DNA of 40,719 nt from Batkoa obscura (GCA_030770535.1 JASVEC010000150.1:1-40719); one strand, 5' to 3'. Positions 14,541-27,647 are shown, counted from the stretch's first letter. Notes: generated by a model not told the origin, from the letters alone. Program-made: numbers and translations.

Positions 14541-15330
14541 TTTATTTCGTTTATTTTATTGTTATGTATATGTTATATAAGTTATATGAAACAAGCTGTT
14601 TTTTTGTTTATTCTATCTATTTCTATTATTTATAAACTATATAAATTAAAAAATAAAACCCGGAAACTGAGGTTAAATTTCAACTTATATTATGGGATTC
14701 GGGCAAAATTCTAGATTTTATAAATTTATCCTCTTATTCTTAAATATTAAATAAAGACCTATCATTTCTAAATTATTCAAATATTAGCTTGAAATTTTAA
14801 TTTTGATGCCATTTATAGTAAATTAACAGTAAAAATTTACTTTAATTGAATTCTATTTTTTATTTTTTCTATGGTTTATGTGTTTATTATGGCTCATGAG
14901 CTTAATTCATAAGATATAAAAGCGATTACAGTTATAAATTTGATGCGATAATATTGAATTCACTTGAAAGGATTTACTGTGGAAGTATAGCTTTTTATAA
15001 TTTATAATGTTTATTTAGTAAACTATTATTACTAATTTATTTTAATTAAACTATGATATTTAATTGTCCCCCTTGTTATAACTTATTGCTTATTTTGAAG
15101 TACAAGTTTGGCTCATAAGATATAAATGCGTATTTTGATTTAAAAGGCATTGTGAGAGGAATCCATTAACTAGATAAAATACAAATTTAAAACTATAGCT
15201 TATTCTTGGTTTTTAATAAAGATTGTCATCTATTTTCTTATAAAATTCTAATTTTGAGTCGTATTATTACCACTTGTTGATTAAATCAAAAAATACAATG
15301 TTTGTATATTTAAAACTAATATCGCAAAAA

Positions 15331-16540
15331 TTTTATTTATTCAGGCAAAATAATATTAAAAATATATAAAATGATATTGCTGTAGAGTTCAGAGCTAAGA
15401 GTCAGGAAGCAGGTTTGCTGTTGATTAGTTGTAGATTGTAATTTTGCTACCAATTTAAATTAAAGATATTTATTATAAAATATTCCAATGACTATGATTC
15501 AAATTATAAAGATATATCTTCCTTGTGTAAAACTGACCAGTGATATTATTTAAAACAAACAAAATATAAAATAATAAAATACTTGTAATTTCACAACTTC
15601 TAAACATGACTTTTGATTGACTTAGAGAATATAAAACAGTCAAATCTTTCAGATGTTAGTACACGAATGTTCACTTAGGAAGTCATTTATGATATGATCT
15701 TCCAAAAAAATTCTTGATCTGTATAGTTTAAATTATAGATGGTCAATATTTAAAGATTTTGTAACTTTGGAATTATTCTGAAGGCACCTTTAAAAATAGT
15801 TATTTCAGTAATATGAATTTCTTTTGAGCATAAAAAATCATAAAATAAATTTACATTAAGCATTAGTTTATGAATGTTATAAATTTAAACACTTATATTT
15901 TTTGATTTTTGATAAGCCATTGATATTTATACATATCTCTTTTATGTTAAAAACATTACCAAAATAACTTATAGAAGCTTTATTTAGTGGAATACCTGTT
16001 AATAACAATGACACAAATAAACCAAAATTGGAAACTTCGTAAAAATTTCGAGACAGTGAAAGAACGTAACAGAGAATGAAGATGTTTTTTTTGGTCTTAT
16101 TACTTTCTCGATTTCCTGAGTGATATTTAAGTGAAAAGACTATTAATAAAGTTCTTAGACAAAAAACATATCCTTATATGATGGATTTAAATAAACTCTG
16201 TAACATAAATTGGTAGAGTTGACTAATTTGCCTAAACAATGCTTTGTTTGAAGATCTTAGATCAAATGGTTCATATGGAGATACGAGATTAAAGATAGTA
16301 TCAATATTGATGCCTAGTAAGTTATATAGCTTTAGAGTACTTATTTTATGCTAGAAAAATAAGCAAAATCTTTGATACTCTCTCTATTTATAGTATCTTA
16401 TAAAGATGTTAATTCTAGAAAGCTTATTTTATTATTGCTTAATTACTTACATTTGAGTCATTTATATTACATTAATATTGCTTCATCATTCACTCATTTT
16501 AATTCAATTTGAAAAGATATCAACATGTAAAAAGGGCATT
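15331..16540 (+). repeat. ~1.2-kb direct repeat, copy A
   Basis: Near-identical to ~20081-21294. By eye the differences are confined to the first ~100 bp and the last ~10 bp. Confidence 0.95.
16078..16175 (+). mobile_element. ~98-bp MITE family copy (degenerate), inside repeat A
   Basis: GAAGATGTTTTTTTTGGTCTTATTAC...AAAACATATCCTT aligns with the copies at 33009 and 24353. Confidence 0.7.
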
Positions 16541-17133
16541 CAATTAATATTTGATAACGTTTCAAAGCTTTTATGATTTTCATTTATCTCATAGTAGCTT
16601 TAGCAATACTTAAAAATATTTGCTATATTAAATAAACTTTTTTTAGTAGTATAAGCTTGTCATTTAGGTATCATTTGTTTTATTTTACTATCTTTACATA
16701 TAAAATAAACATGAATGTTTATATTTAAGTCAATCAAAATGAGATTATTCGCATATGATGAAATAAAGATGTAACTTTCCACATTTTATTTTTATAATAA
16801 AAAGTGCATTGAGATTTTTTAACTTTTCAAGAAAATGGGGGGTAATGCTTAATACTTTTTAAAAACTGAATAGAGTAACATTCTATAAACAATGTTGATT
16901 TTCTTATTAAAAAATAGAATGTCATTAATTGCAACAGCAAGTGTTTTTACAGTAAAAAAATAATTTTAGAATAGAAATACTTCATGTCACAACTTTATAC
17001 TCTTATCGTTATCTTTTATTATAATAATAAATTTATTTATGGAATGGTTTTATGCACAAAAGTTAATATTAATTTAAGAGCATCACTTTATTATATGATA
17101 AAGAAATAGAAAAGATCAATGTAGCACATTTGA

Positions 17134-19086
17134 TCAGTGTTTGAACGCAAACATACTGATGGCCTTATCTGGCGTATTAATAATACGTAACTTTGATTTT
17201 ACATCACTATCATCCTTTAATTTAAAATTAAAGTTTCGAACTAATGAAGCAGTAGCTAAATAAAGCTCCATCCAAGCCAAACTATAGAATATCAATCAGC
17301 TTATGTAACAATGAATTTTTACATATTTTTATGATTACCTTCTACCTAAACAAGCTCTTGGACCGATTAAAAAAGGCATAAAATATTTATGGGCTTTAAA
17401 TTGACCATCTTCATCAATCCATCTTTCTGGATTATACACATCAGGCTCCTTCCAATATTTAGTATTGTAATGAAGCGAGAATATACTAGTCGCTACAATA
17501 GTCTATAATCGATTAACGAATTCATAAATATAGATATGATAAATTACATTTTCAGGAATAAAATGACCTTCAATTACTTTTCCGCCTTTTGGGACATATC
17601 TTGGCATATTTCCAGAAGCTGCTGGATAAATTCTTAGACTTTCATAGATGACCGCTTTAAGATAAACACACTCTTTACATCTGCTATAATCTACAGTTTC
17701 CTTATCTGGGAAAGTCTCAAACAATTCGGCTTTTAGCTTGTTATAAATTTCAGGATGCTTAGATAAAAGATAAAACGTCCTAGTTAACAATTAAGATGGG
17801 GAATAAGATGATGAATATAATTAAACTACCAAGTTAGCGAATTAGAAGTTGTATCTGAACCGGCAGCACTATAAATAAATTAATATGACATAATTAATAC
17901 CATTAATTTATTACATTTGAATAATAGATTCTTCCACAATTTCCTTTTCACTAAGTTTCTTTCCAATATCTGGGTCAGAAGCGTTAATTAAAGTGCTTAG
18001 AATAGTAACTCTATCTGAGTCTTCTTTAGCATTTTTCACGGCTTCATGAGAAAACTAGCAGAAATTAGTAGGAACATTTATGCTTTTGATACCCAATATC
18101 TTACTTTATAAAGCGAAGTTATACCATCAAACTTAAAGTTCTTTAAAAATGGAAATACACCAACCTTAAATTTTAATTATTATTTTGTAATAGAAATAGA
18201 TGAAATAATTACTAGAATAACTGTACGAGGTAAGTTTTTGACCCACCCAATAACTGGATGATACCCATTTTTTATCATATCAAAAGATTTACCATATGCT
18301 AAATCTCCAATCACATCCTAATAATATATAATTTAATATCAAACATGGTAAAAATAATAAATCCTTACAAAAGAAAAATAATGAAATAACAAACCGAAAT
18401 CAAAATCCTTTCCCTCTGAAGCCATTTCTTCAACTTTGTTAACTAAATTAGAAACATTTCCTTTGACTAAATATTCTACACTTGCTATTGTTTTATCTGA
18501 AAAACTAGGGGCAAGGATTTTTTTCTAATAAATTAATATCTATAGATATTGTTGATTTTTTTAAACTATTTACTCTTTGACGATGGAAATCTTTATCCCT
18601 AAATAACCTATAAATGCTTTTATATATCGAATAGTAAGTTAATTACATTGTACTAAGGATGTTTTCCCCAGTAACTTGAAATCCATGATAAAACCCACTT
18701 TTTTTGAAGGCATAAGTGGAATAGATTTCTTTTGCTGCTTCATCAGATGAAAAAGATATAGTATTCCAATCTAATGATATAATTAATTTCAAGTTATTGA
18801 TATATTCAATATTTTACCTAATCTCACTGCTTCACCATACTTTTCATGAAGCCCTCTTATATATGTGTGGACAGTTCCATTAAATGTGTATATTCTATAA
18901 AAACCAGGGATAATATGGTGGATTAATGGACCTGGGATTTTCCTTAAGGGATTAAAAAATATACTGTATAATACCTAAAGAATTATTATTATCTACAAAG
19001 TTAATAGACATAAACTATACTTTATAAATCCAAAAAGAGAAAATAACTATTGCAATATAAGGTAATAATGCATTTAGATTAGCCAT
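17134..19086 (-). CDS. Cytochrome P450 (12 exons, apparently intact)
   Basis: N-terminal TM then PLRKIPGP, I-helix AAGSDTT, ESLR (ExxR), PERW, heme motif FLIGPRACLG. Eleven GT-AG introns including a 25-nt micro-exon (~18574-18598). Stop TGA at 17136-17134. Confidence 0.93.
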
Positions 19087-20080
19087 TTTTTAAATTTTTA
19101 TTATAAATGTTTTGGCCTAATTTATAGCCTATTTTAATTTCGGAGAAAGTTTCAAAACCAGCCGTCCCGCACACTTTTGTTATTAACGTTAATGCTTTTA
19201 AAAGAACTTGATTGTTACTACTGATGAATTTTTTCAATTACATGTTAGCTTAATTCTAACAATCAATGATAGTTTAATGCGGGAAATTTTACCCTAGAAA
19301 TGAAAATTTATACTTGATTGTAGGTTTTATATTGATTTACAAAGAACAATTAAAAAGCACCTGGATGATACTTTGTTAAGCTTTATGTTTTTGAACTGTG
19401 ATATTCAAAAACTGGGCTAATTTAAACCCAAGGTTCAACTTTTGTCCGATTTTAGCATTAGTTTTGAACTTTATATTGTTTAGCTGTGATTTGTATCACT
19501 AATTATGTAGAAAATTAGCTATTTATATAGCCGTTAAAGTATAGAGGTACAGTAAGTTAACCGTTTATTTAATAGTAAAGTCTCAGACACAAATTTGGTT
19601 AAAGCTTAAGGGTTAGGCTTTAAAAAAACCAAATAACAGCTGAAGGAGTTTCACGAAAAAATTTTAATAGGAGCTTCGATATAATTTTTTTGTTTTTGAA
19701 TGGTTGAATAGCCCAAAGTTAATTTGAGCTTATTGTAAAACTTGACTGCTAAATAAATTTATAACCTATAAGTTTAATGTAAAGACTAAAATTCTTGAAG
19801 TCAATTTCCTTTGACCAGTGGATCAAAACTGTTTACTACCCTTTAGTTTTCTCTCCTTACGACTTCTTCTCATGTCAAATCTATCTATCTTCAGTATCTT
19901 ACCTTTTTTTGATACTCAATCTTCGAAAATTCCATAATGAATAACATACTCCTCTTATTGCGTAAAGAGTCTAAAAAGTACAAGGCTAAAGAGATATTTA
20001 ATAGCACTTTTGGGTAATTTGAAAACGATATTCAATAGATAAATGTAAGTTTAGAAATTGAAAAAACAATAGCGTAGAGC

Positions 20081-21294
20081 TTTTATTTACTCAAGTAATA
20101 ATATTGAAAAATATATAAAATGATATTGCTGTAGAGTTCAGAGCCAAGGGTCAGAGGAAGCAGGTTTGTTGCTGTTGATTAGTTGTAGATTGTAATTTTG
20201 CTACCAATTTAAATTAAAGATATTTATTATAAAATATTCCAATGACTATGATTCAAATTATAAAGATATATCTTCCTTGTGTAAAACTGACCAGTGATAT
20301 TATTTAAAACAAACAAAATATAAAATAATAAAATACTTGTAATTTCACAACTTCTAAACATGACTTTTGATTGACTTAGAGAATATAAAACAGTCAAATC
20401 TTTCAGATGTTAGTACACGAATGTTCACTTAGGAAGTCATTTATGATATGATCTTCCAAAAAAATTCTTGATCTGTATAGTTTAAATTATAGATGGTCAA
20501 TATTTAAAGATTTTGTAACTTTGGAATTATTCTGAAGGCACCTTTAAAAATAGTTATTTCAGTAATATGAATTTCTTTTGAGCATAAAAAATCATAAAAT
20601 AAATTTACATTAAGCATTAGTTTATGAATGTTATAAATTTAAACACTTATATTTTTTGATTTTTGATAAGCCATTGATATTTATACATATCTCTTTTATG
20701 TTAAAAACATTACCAAAATAACTTATAGAAGCTTTATTTAGTGGAATACCTGTTAATAACAATGACACAAATAAACCAAAATTGGAAACTTCGTAAAAAT
20801 TTCGAGACAGTGAAAGAACGTAACAGAGAATGAAGATGTTTTTTTTGGTCTTATTACTTTCTCGATTTCCTGAGTGATATTTAAGTGAAAAGACTATTAA
20901 TAAAGTTCTTAGACAAAAAACATATCCTTATATGATGGATTTAAATAAACTCTGTAACATAAATTGGTAGAGTTGACTAATTTGCCTAAACAATGCTTTG
21001 TTTGAAGATCTTAGATCAAATGGTTCATATGGAGATACGAGATTAAAGATAGTATCAATATTGATGCCTAGTAAGTTATATAGCTTTAGAGTACTTATTT
21101 TATGCTAGAAAAATAAGCAAAATCTTTGATACTCTCTCTATTTATAGTATCTTATAAAGATGTTAATTCTAGAAAGCTTATTTTATTATTGCTTAATTAC
21201 TTACATTTGAGTCATTTATATTACATTAATATTGCTTCATCATTCACTCATTTTAATTCAATTTGAAAAGATATCAACATGTAAAAAAGGCATT
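20081..21294 (+). repeat. ~1.2-kb direct repeat, copy B
   Basis: Near-identical to 15331-16540, offset ~4750 bp. Confidence 0.95.
20832..20929 (+). mobile_element. ~98-bp MITE family copy inside repeat B
   Basis: Identical to 16078-16175. Confidence 0.7.
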
Positions 21295-21426
21295 TAATAT
21301 TTATCGATATTTTAAGCCTTTGAGATTTTTTATCATTAACAGTAACTTTATATGAATTAGTTTAAAAGCTTAGTTCAAATTTTGTCCAATTTGATTTTTG
21401 AAAAAATCACAAATTGAGCATAAAAT

Positions 21427-21595
21427 GAGGATAAATTTTTTGTCTAAGAGTTTTACTAACAATCTTTCTGCTCAAATAGCGCTTAAAAAGTAGAAAAAAT
21501 GATGAAACTAAGAAAGCACTCACATTTACCAACAATCTCTCTGCAAATACCGTTTAAAAGATGGAAAAAGTAACGAAATAAAAAAAACGCCTCCC
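21427..21595 (-). mobile_element. MITE family copy (21427-21523) followed by a partial second copy (~21525-21595)
   Basis: GAGGATAAATTTTTTGTCTAAGAGTTTTACTAACAA...GAAAAAATGATGAAACTAAGAAAGCACTCAC aligns with 28134-28231. Confidence 0.7.
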
Positions 21596-22311
21596 TATAC
21601 TGTTTCACTTAATTTCGAAATAACCTATACTGGAGTGTTTTTGTCCGGTTTACTTATTATTTTTCAAATTTTACGCTACACAGGAAATAGATAAAAAAAT
21701 AAAGCTGTAAACTTCATTTTTAATTTTGACCAAGTTTTAAACTTAACTATACATAAAAAACTTAGCAGATTTTATATTAAAAAACATTTTTTATTAGCAA
21801 TATGAACTTATTTAATCAACTATAATTTTTTCCACTTTGGTATCTTTTACATTTAAAGAGAAAGACAAACATGAGAGAACCTTCAAAATTTGATAAAGAT
21901 GGTGCTCAATGCTTTTTTTCGAAAATCAAATAGGATATTATTATAGTATAAAAGATTCAGACTTAAAATTTCGATAAAAGATCAATGAAGTATTGTTACA
22001 ATGATAATTATTGATTCCTTCTAAATTTGATCAAAAGGTGTTAGTAGATTTTTGAAGCTATTAGAACAGCTTGAAGTCAGATATCTTTCGTTGTTTTTAG
22101 TTTAAAGTTAAGATTTTGATACGAACTTAAGGATCTATAAAAGCTGTAACTTTTAAATTCATATTAGAAAAAGTCACCTCAAATTAAAAATAGCATGTGC
22201 ATAACTGTAAGTTCTAAAATTTAAGGAAAAAATAAAAATAAAATGGATATATTAAAAACAATAACTATTTATTTAAAATAAAAAATTATAAACAATATTT
22301 ACAATATTGAA

Positions 22312-23125
22312 CTAATAGCTAGGAGGTAACTCTTGGATATAATTGCATTCTAAACCAAGTTTAAGTTGATTAGCACGACGGTAATGAAAAGGTTGATCAC
22401 CAAGATTATATTTCACTAAAGTACCTTTAGTACTATAAATAGTGGGATACATTAAAGTTTGATTAAACTGATAGTAACATAAGTCACTACCATTATAAGT
22501 AAATGTGACTTCGTTTAATGATAAGTCATAAAAACAACCTATAATATCTCCTCGTTTAAGAGTATGCACAAATGTATTCGAGTATTGCTCTTCATTTATA
22601 TTCACACCGTATATTTTACTATTTAGTAGTATATGTAATTCTGTATTAAATTAGTAAACTTGTAAATATATATATATAATAATTACCATGAATTTTGCTA
22701 CTACTTTTATTCGCATATCCAAATAAAAGCTCAAAACTTTCATCAAAATCTAATAATTCGATTTCATAATACATCGATTCTGGATTCACTTTGTATTTTT
22801 TTGCTTGTATTATACAGTTATCATTAAAATATATAGTATCATTTTCTTTTAGTATTATCCTTTCTTCTTCTCCAACAGTTGCCTTAAATTTAGTCTTATT
22901 TTTCAAGTTGTTTTCAATCCTTATTTCGCTTAATTGAATCGTCACATCATTACGTCTCATTTGAATAATTCTGTTTATATTTTCTTCTCTTTCCAGTCTT
23001 TTCGTCTTTTCAAGCCTTTCTTTCGCACGCTTATACCTATAACTAATTATATAGAATGCCAGTGCAATTCCAAAAACACATACTAAAAGTGAGATAGCAA
23101 TATTTACAAAAGTATCAAGTGCCAT
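22312..23125 (-). CDS. Single-TM SPRY-domain protein with C-terminal PPSY motif (Ssh4/Ear1-like), paralog 1
   Basis: Exons 23125-22687 and 22640-22312. N-terminal TM. SPRY motifs YYEIEL, GDIIGCFYD, VTFTYNG, MYPTI, YNLGDQPF. Ends LPPSY*. Confidence 0.8.
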
Positions 23126-24352
23126 TTTAATTAATTTCGAAATGTCATTTCAGTGCTTTTTATACTTTTTTCTTTTTCTTTTTAACTTTTTCTTTTTTCT
23201 TTTTATTAATTTAAACCTGCTTTCGGTTTTTTCAAGAGATCCTACTTTTTTTTAGCGAAAAAAGTAAGAGATGTTACTAGTTGTATCATAAGCTTTTGCT
23301 ACATGAAAATAAAAATACAATCTAGTGAAAGCGAATGACTGCTGCAATTATATACTTTTACCACTTCTTATACATACAAAAAAATAAAAATACTGTTAAA
23401 AGCCTATTATTTTTCTATCTATGACTATTAAGGAATTATATTGGTATGTATAATTTTATAAATCTTTTATTCTCAAAAATGTATCATATATATTATAAAT
23501 AATGATTAGTTATTTTCTTTATTTTCAAGTTATATATATCCATTAACTGCATGCTTTGACAATAATTTTCAATATTAAAAGACCAAATGTAAACAAATTA
23601 GTTTATTAACGAGTACTTTTCAAAATGACTCTTTTAGATCGAATCACCCCAAAAAGATCGATTGTGTCAAATAAATCCATCAGCTTTTGTTTGTTATTTT
23701 AAATAAAAGGCTACGATAGGTCAAGCCTCAGATAATGATTTGGGACACTTATATGTGTTCATGATATCTAAAATACTGTCGAATCATAAATATTCTAACA
23801 CCATTCTAACCCTTTTTTAAGTTACCTTGAATAGTATGTTAAATTAAATAATATTATGTATAGTACAAAAAAAGTATTAAAATAAAATTTAAAGAATTAC
23901 AGTTTTATTTGTATAAATACTTGTGCAAAATAAGTATCATTTGATTCTTTAATATAAACTGAAAAATCAACCCATTTAGATTGATTGGTTTTTTTTATAT
24001 TAACAAGATATATGAAGTGTTGTTACAAAGATAAGAATTGCAATTGAACCAAGAATTAATTTCTATGTATACTAGAAAAGACTAGAGTCAAAAAGATAGC
24101 CTATTTGACCTAGTGTTAATGATCTTAAAATCGATCCAAATGGGCTAAAATTTAATAAGAGTACTTGTCAATAATGAAGTTTCATAGTATAGCTATTTTA
24201 ATACCCCAGATAAGAAGTTGAATTAAATTAAGGATAAAAAAGTACTCAATCTTAGAAGCTTTTTTATATTTTAAACTAGGACAAAATAAGTTACCTATTA
24301 TATTGCCTTAAACATTAACTTTTTATATTCATTTGATACTATTTTATTATAT

Positions 24353-24451
24353 GGGGATGTCTTTTCTGATTTCATTATTTCTTCCATTTTTTAAACGCTG
24401 TTTAAGCGGAAAATTTGTTAGTAAAACTCTTAAACATAAAAGTATATCCCC
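24353..24451 (+). mobile_element. ~98-bp MITE family copy
   Basis: GGGGATGT...ATATCCCC termini with ATAT on both flanks. Confidence 0.85.
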
Positions 24452-24628
24452 ATATATTAAACAATTCAAAACTAGAAATTATTATTTTATACCAAACGCT
24501 GTTTTCATTCTTTCATCACTTTATCAAGCTATTAATTTTTAAACAATATATATAAATGTTGTATACTTTTTGAAGAACAATTATTTAATTTTAAATAAAA
24601 AATTATAAACAATATTTACAATATTGAA

Positions 24629-25424
24629 CTAATAGCTAGGAGGTAACTCTTGGATATAATTGCATTCTAAACCAAGTTTAAGTTGATTAGCACGACGGTA
24701 ATGAAAAGGTTGATCACCAAGATTATATTTCACTAAAGTACCTTTAGTACTATAAATAGTGGGATACATTAAAGTTTGATTAAACTGATAGTAACATAAG
24801 TCACTACCATTATAAGTAAATGTGACTTCGTTTAATGATAAGTCATAAAAACAACCTATAATATCTCCTCGTTTAAGAGTATGCACAAATGTATTCGAGT
24901 ATTGCTCTTCATTTATATTCACACCGTATATTTTACTATTTAGTAGTATATGTAATTCTGTATTAAATTAGTAAACTTGTAAATATATATATATAATAAT
25001 TACCATGAATTTTGCTACTACTTTTATTCGCATATCCAAATAAAAGCTCAAAACTTTCATCAAAATCTAATAATTCGATTTCATAATACATCGATTCTGG
25101 ATTCACTTTGTATTTTTTTGCTTGTATTATACAGTTATCATTAAAATATATAGTATCATTTTCTTTTAGTATTATCATTTCTTCTTCTCCAACAGTTGCC
25201 TTAAATTTAGTCTTATTTTTCAAGTTGTTTTCAATCCTTATTTCGCTTAATTGAATTGTCGTATTATTACCTCCAACTTGTGCTGTTCTATCGCTATTTA
25301 TTTCTCTTTCATAACTTTCTCTTATACGCTTGTACATAATGCTAACAATATAAAAAGCTATACTAAGTATGAAAAAAGATGCTACAAGCGATATACCAGT
25401 ATATGCAAAATTACTAAGAGTCAT
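24629..25424 (-). CDS. Single-TM SPRY-domain protein with C-terminal PPSY motif, paralog 2
   Basis: Exons 25424-25004 and 24957-24629. Identical to paralog 1 from TIQLSE onward except one R/M change. Different TM/N-terminus. Confidence 0.8.
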
Positions 25425-25844
25425 TTTTAAATTAACATTTTATGTGACATTTTGGCTTTTTTATATTTTTTTTACTTTCTTTTTAATTCCTTCTTTTTTC
25501 TTTTTATTGTTGACTTAGACTTGTATTTTTCCGCCTATGACTATTATTGAAGAACATATTGCTATACTTTTAATTTCACTATATTTTTGTTAAACTTTTA
25601 CCACTATATGTTATATAATGGAGTTGTCCGAGTTGGTTTCAGAATTTACTTAGTTAATCCAAATTTTAAATTTTTAAATTTATGTCTAATGTGACGGCTA
25701 AATCTAAAAAGCCTAAATTAGATCTCTATTTAAAACTTATTTTAGTTGTTTCTTTTTCTTAAATAGCTAATTTTCCTAACTACATATTTTATGTTAGTTC
25801 TGTTAGATATTTAATAGATATATAATATATAACTATATGATTAT

Positions 25845-25908
25845 ATAATTATATAAATACATAATTATATAAACACATAATTATATAAACACATAATTAT
25901 ATAAACAC
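25845..25908. repeat. 16-bp tandem repeat ATAATTATATAAA(C/T)AC x4 upstream of the transposase ATG
   Basis: Units start at 25845, 25861, 25877 and 25893. Confidence 0.9.
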
Positions 25909-25946
25909 AGTTATTTGACTTTATTTTTTGTTGAAATAAAAATAAA

Positions 25947-27647
25947 ATGCAAACTTTCATAACTAAACTTCGAAATGGAATTTTTGAAAACTTCAATACA
26001 ATAGGGAGGAGTACACAATATAAACATTGTAATTCATTTACATCAATTTTAAGAGCTACTTATAACAACCCAAGGTTTATGGAATTTTATAATAAAACAA
26101 AACAAAGAAAAGATATATTATCAAAGTTTACTATCGATAATAATAAACTTAATCAAGTAATGTATAAAATTAGTGCTTTAAGGGAAACAGGAAACAAAAG
26201 TCAGCAAGTAGCGTTATTATCAACTATAGCTTCAGTATATTCTTTTGATGAATGTAAGAGTTTTGGGTTTAATATAAATAGAAATCAATATGATTATTCA
26301 AAAACAAGTAATAATAATAAAATATCAACATTACAACCTATTATTAAAAATACAAAAAAATTAAAGATGACCAAATTGAAACTATCATACAATATTTACT
26401 AAATGATTCAACTATTTCATCAAGATTTAATAAAAAAAATAACGATAGTAAATATTCATCAGATAATATATATATTAAATAAAAGTAGAAGAATGATATA
26501 TAGTAAATATTTGAATGATCTAAGAGATAAAGCAGTAGCTAGGTCAACGTTCTTTAAATATATACCAACTAATTTCAAAAATCCAGCAAGAAAAACGGAT
26601 CTATGTAATATATGTACCCAGTATACAGTTAGAAAAAAGTTATTTAAAAATAAAATAAATACAGCAAAAAACAAAGCAGAGATACAAGAAATTTTCAACG
26701 AAGAAGAAAAATTATACAAATTACATAAATTCTGTGTTGATACTCAAAAAAACACATTTAATGAAACTATCAAAAAATTAAATAACAAAAGTTGTATAAT
26801 AGTTTTAGATTTTAAACAAAATATGGAAATAGGAACAAGACCAGATTCAATAAATCTAGATCATTATAATAAACAAGCTATATCAGTATTAGGTTTTGGT
26901 GTTTTATATTTAAAAGATGATAAAACAATAGCCAAAGTTTACTTTGATTATTTATCTGAAATATTGAATCATGATTCAGCATATGCAGGAGATTGTTTAA
27001 TCGATTTAATCTCTACAGAGCTTCTATTTAAAAAGTTTACAAAAATTAATATATGGGCAGATACAGGAAATCATTTTAGATCCCAAGAGTTTCTACACTA
27101 TATGTTTAAACAAATTCATAAAATAAATAGTAGTTTGAATGTCAATCTTAATTTTTTTGCTGAGCATCATGGAAAAAGTATAGTTGATGGACATTTTGGA
27201 AACCTTTCAAAATGGAAAAGTAGTTTTGAAGCGTTAGGTAAAATAGAAGATATCGATCAATTAATTTCAAGATTTGAGGCTTTTATTTGTGAGCATAATA
27301 AAATTAATAACTCGACTGTTAATAATGGGAAAACAGATATAATTTTTAAAAAGTATAAAAGAAACAAAAATACAAAAAGAATAATAGAGATGCAGGGCAT
27401 TAAGAAGTATTTACATTTTATTAAACATAACAATAAACTACATTGTTATCCAGTATCTGATACATCAAAAAAAAGCGATATAGTCCCAATTAAAGTTATA
27501 GAGTCTATAGAAAACAGAAAAATTAAAAGATCAATCCCAGCTTACCTTACGAAGATAACAGAGAATTTAAAAATTTCGATATTTACTAAGCAAGTGAGTA
27601 GTTTGTTGAATGATAGAAATAGATTGTTAAATGTTAGGATTACTTAA
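25947..27647 (+). pseudogene. Sola-like transposase; catalytic ORF intact, N-terminus split by two compensating frameshifts
   Basis: Motifs FKNPARKTDLCNIC..H, IVLDFKQN, LSEILNHDS, IWADTGNHFRS, FFAEHHGKSIVDGHFG (putative D-D-D triad). ORFs 25947-26402 and 26403-27647 are bridged by a -1-frame segment. Confidence 0.75.

Noticed and set aside
15331..21294. LTR retrotransposon interpretation of the 1.2-kb direct repeats
   Set aside because: No TG...CA ends, PBS/PPT, TSD or gag/pol. The interior is an intron-rich P450.
24333..24542. 69-aa ORF as a small protein
   Set aside because: Largely reads through a MITE copy. Chance ORF.
25845..25908. CRISPR-like array
   Set aside because: Contiguous 16-bp units without spacers, in a eukaryotic context.
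26400..26405. Stop-codon readthrough (TAA ATG) joining the two in-frame transposase ORFs
   Set aside because: The substitution pattern between copies shows the -1 frame is the coding frame across this segment.
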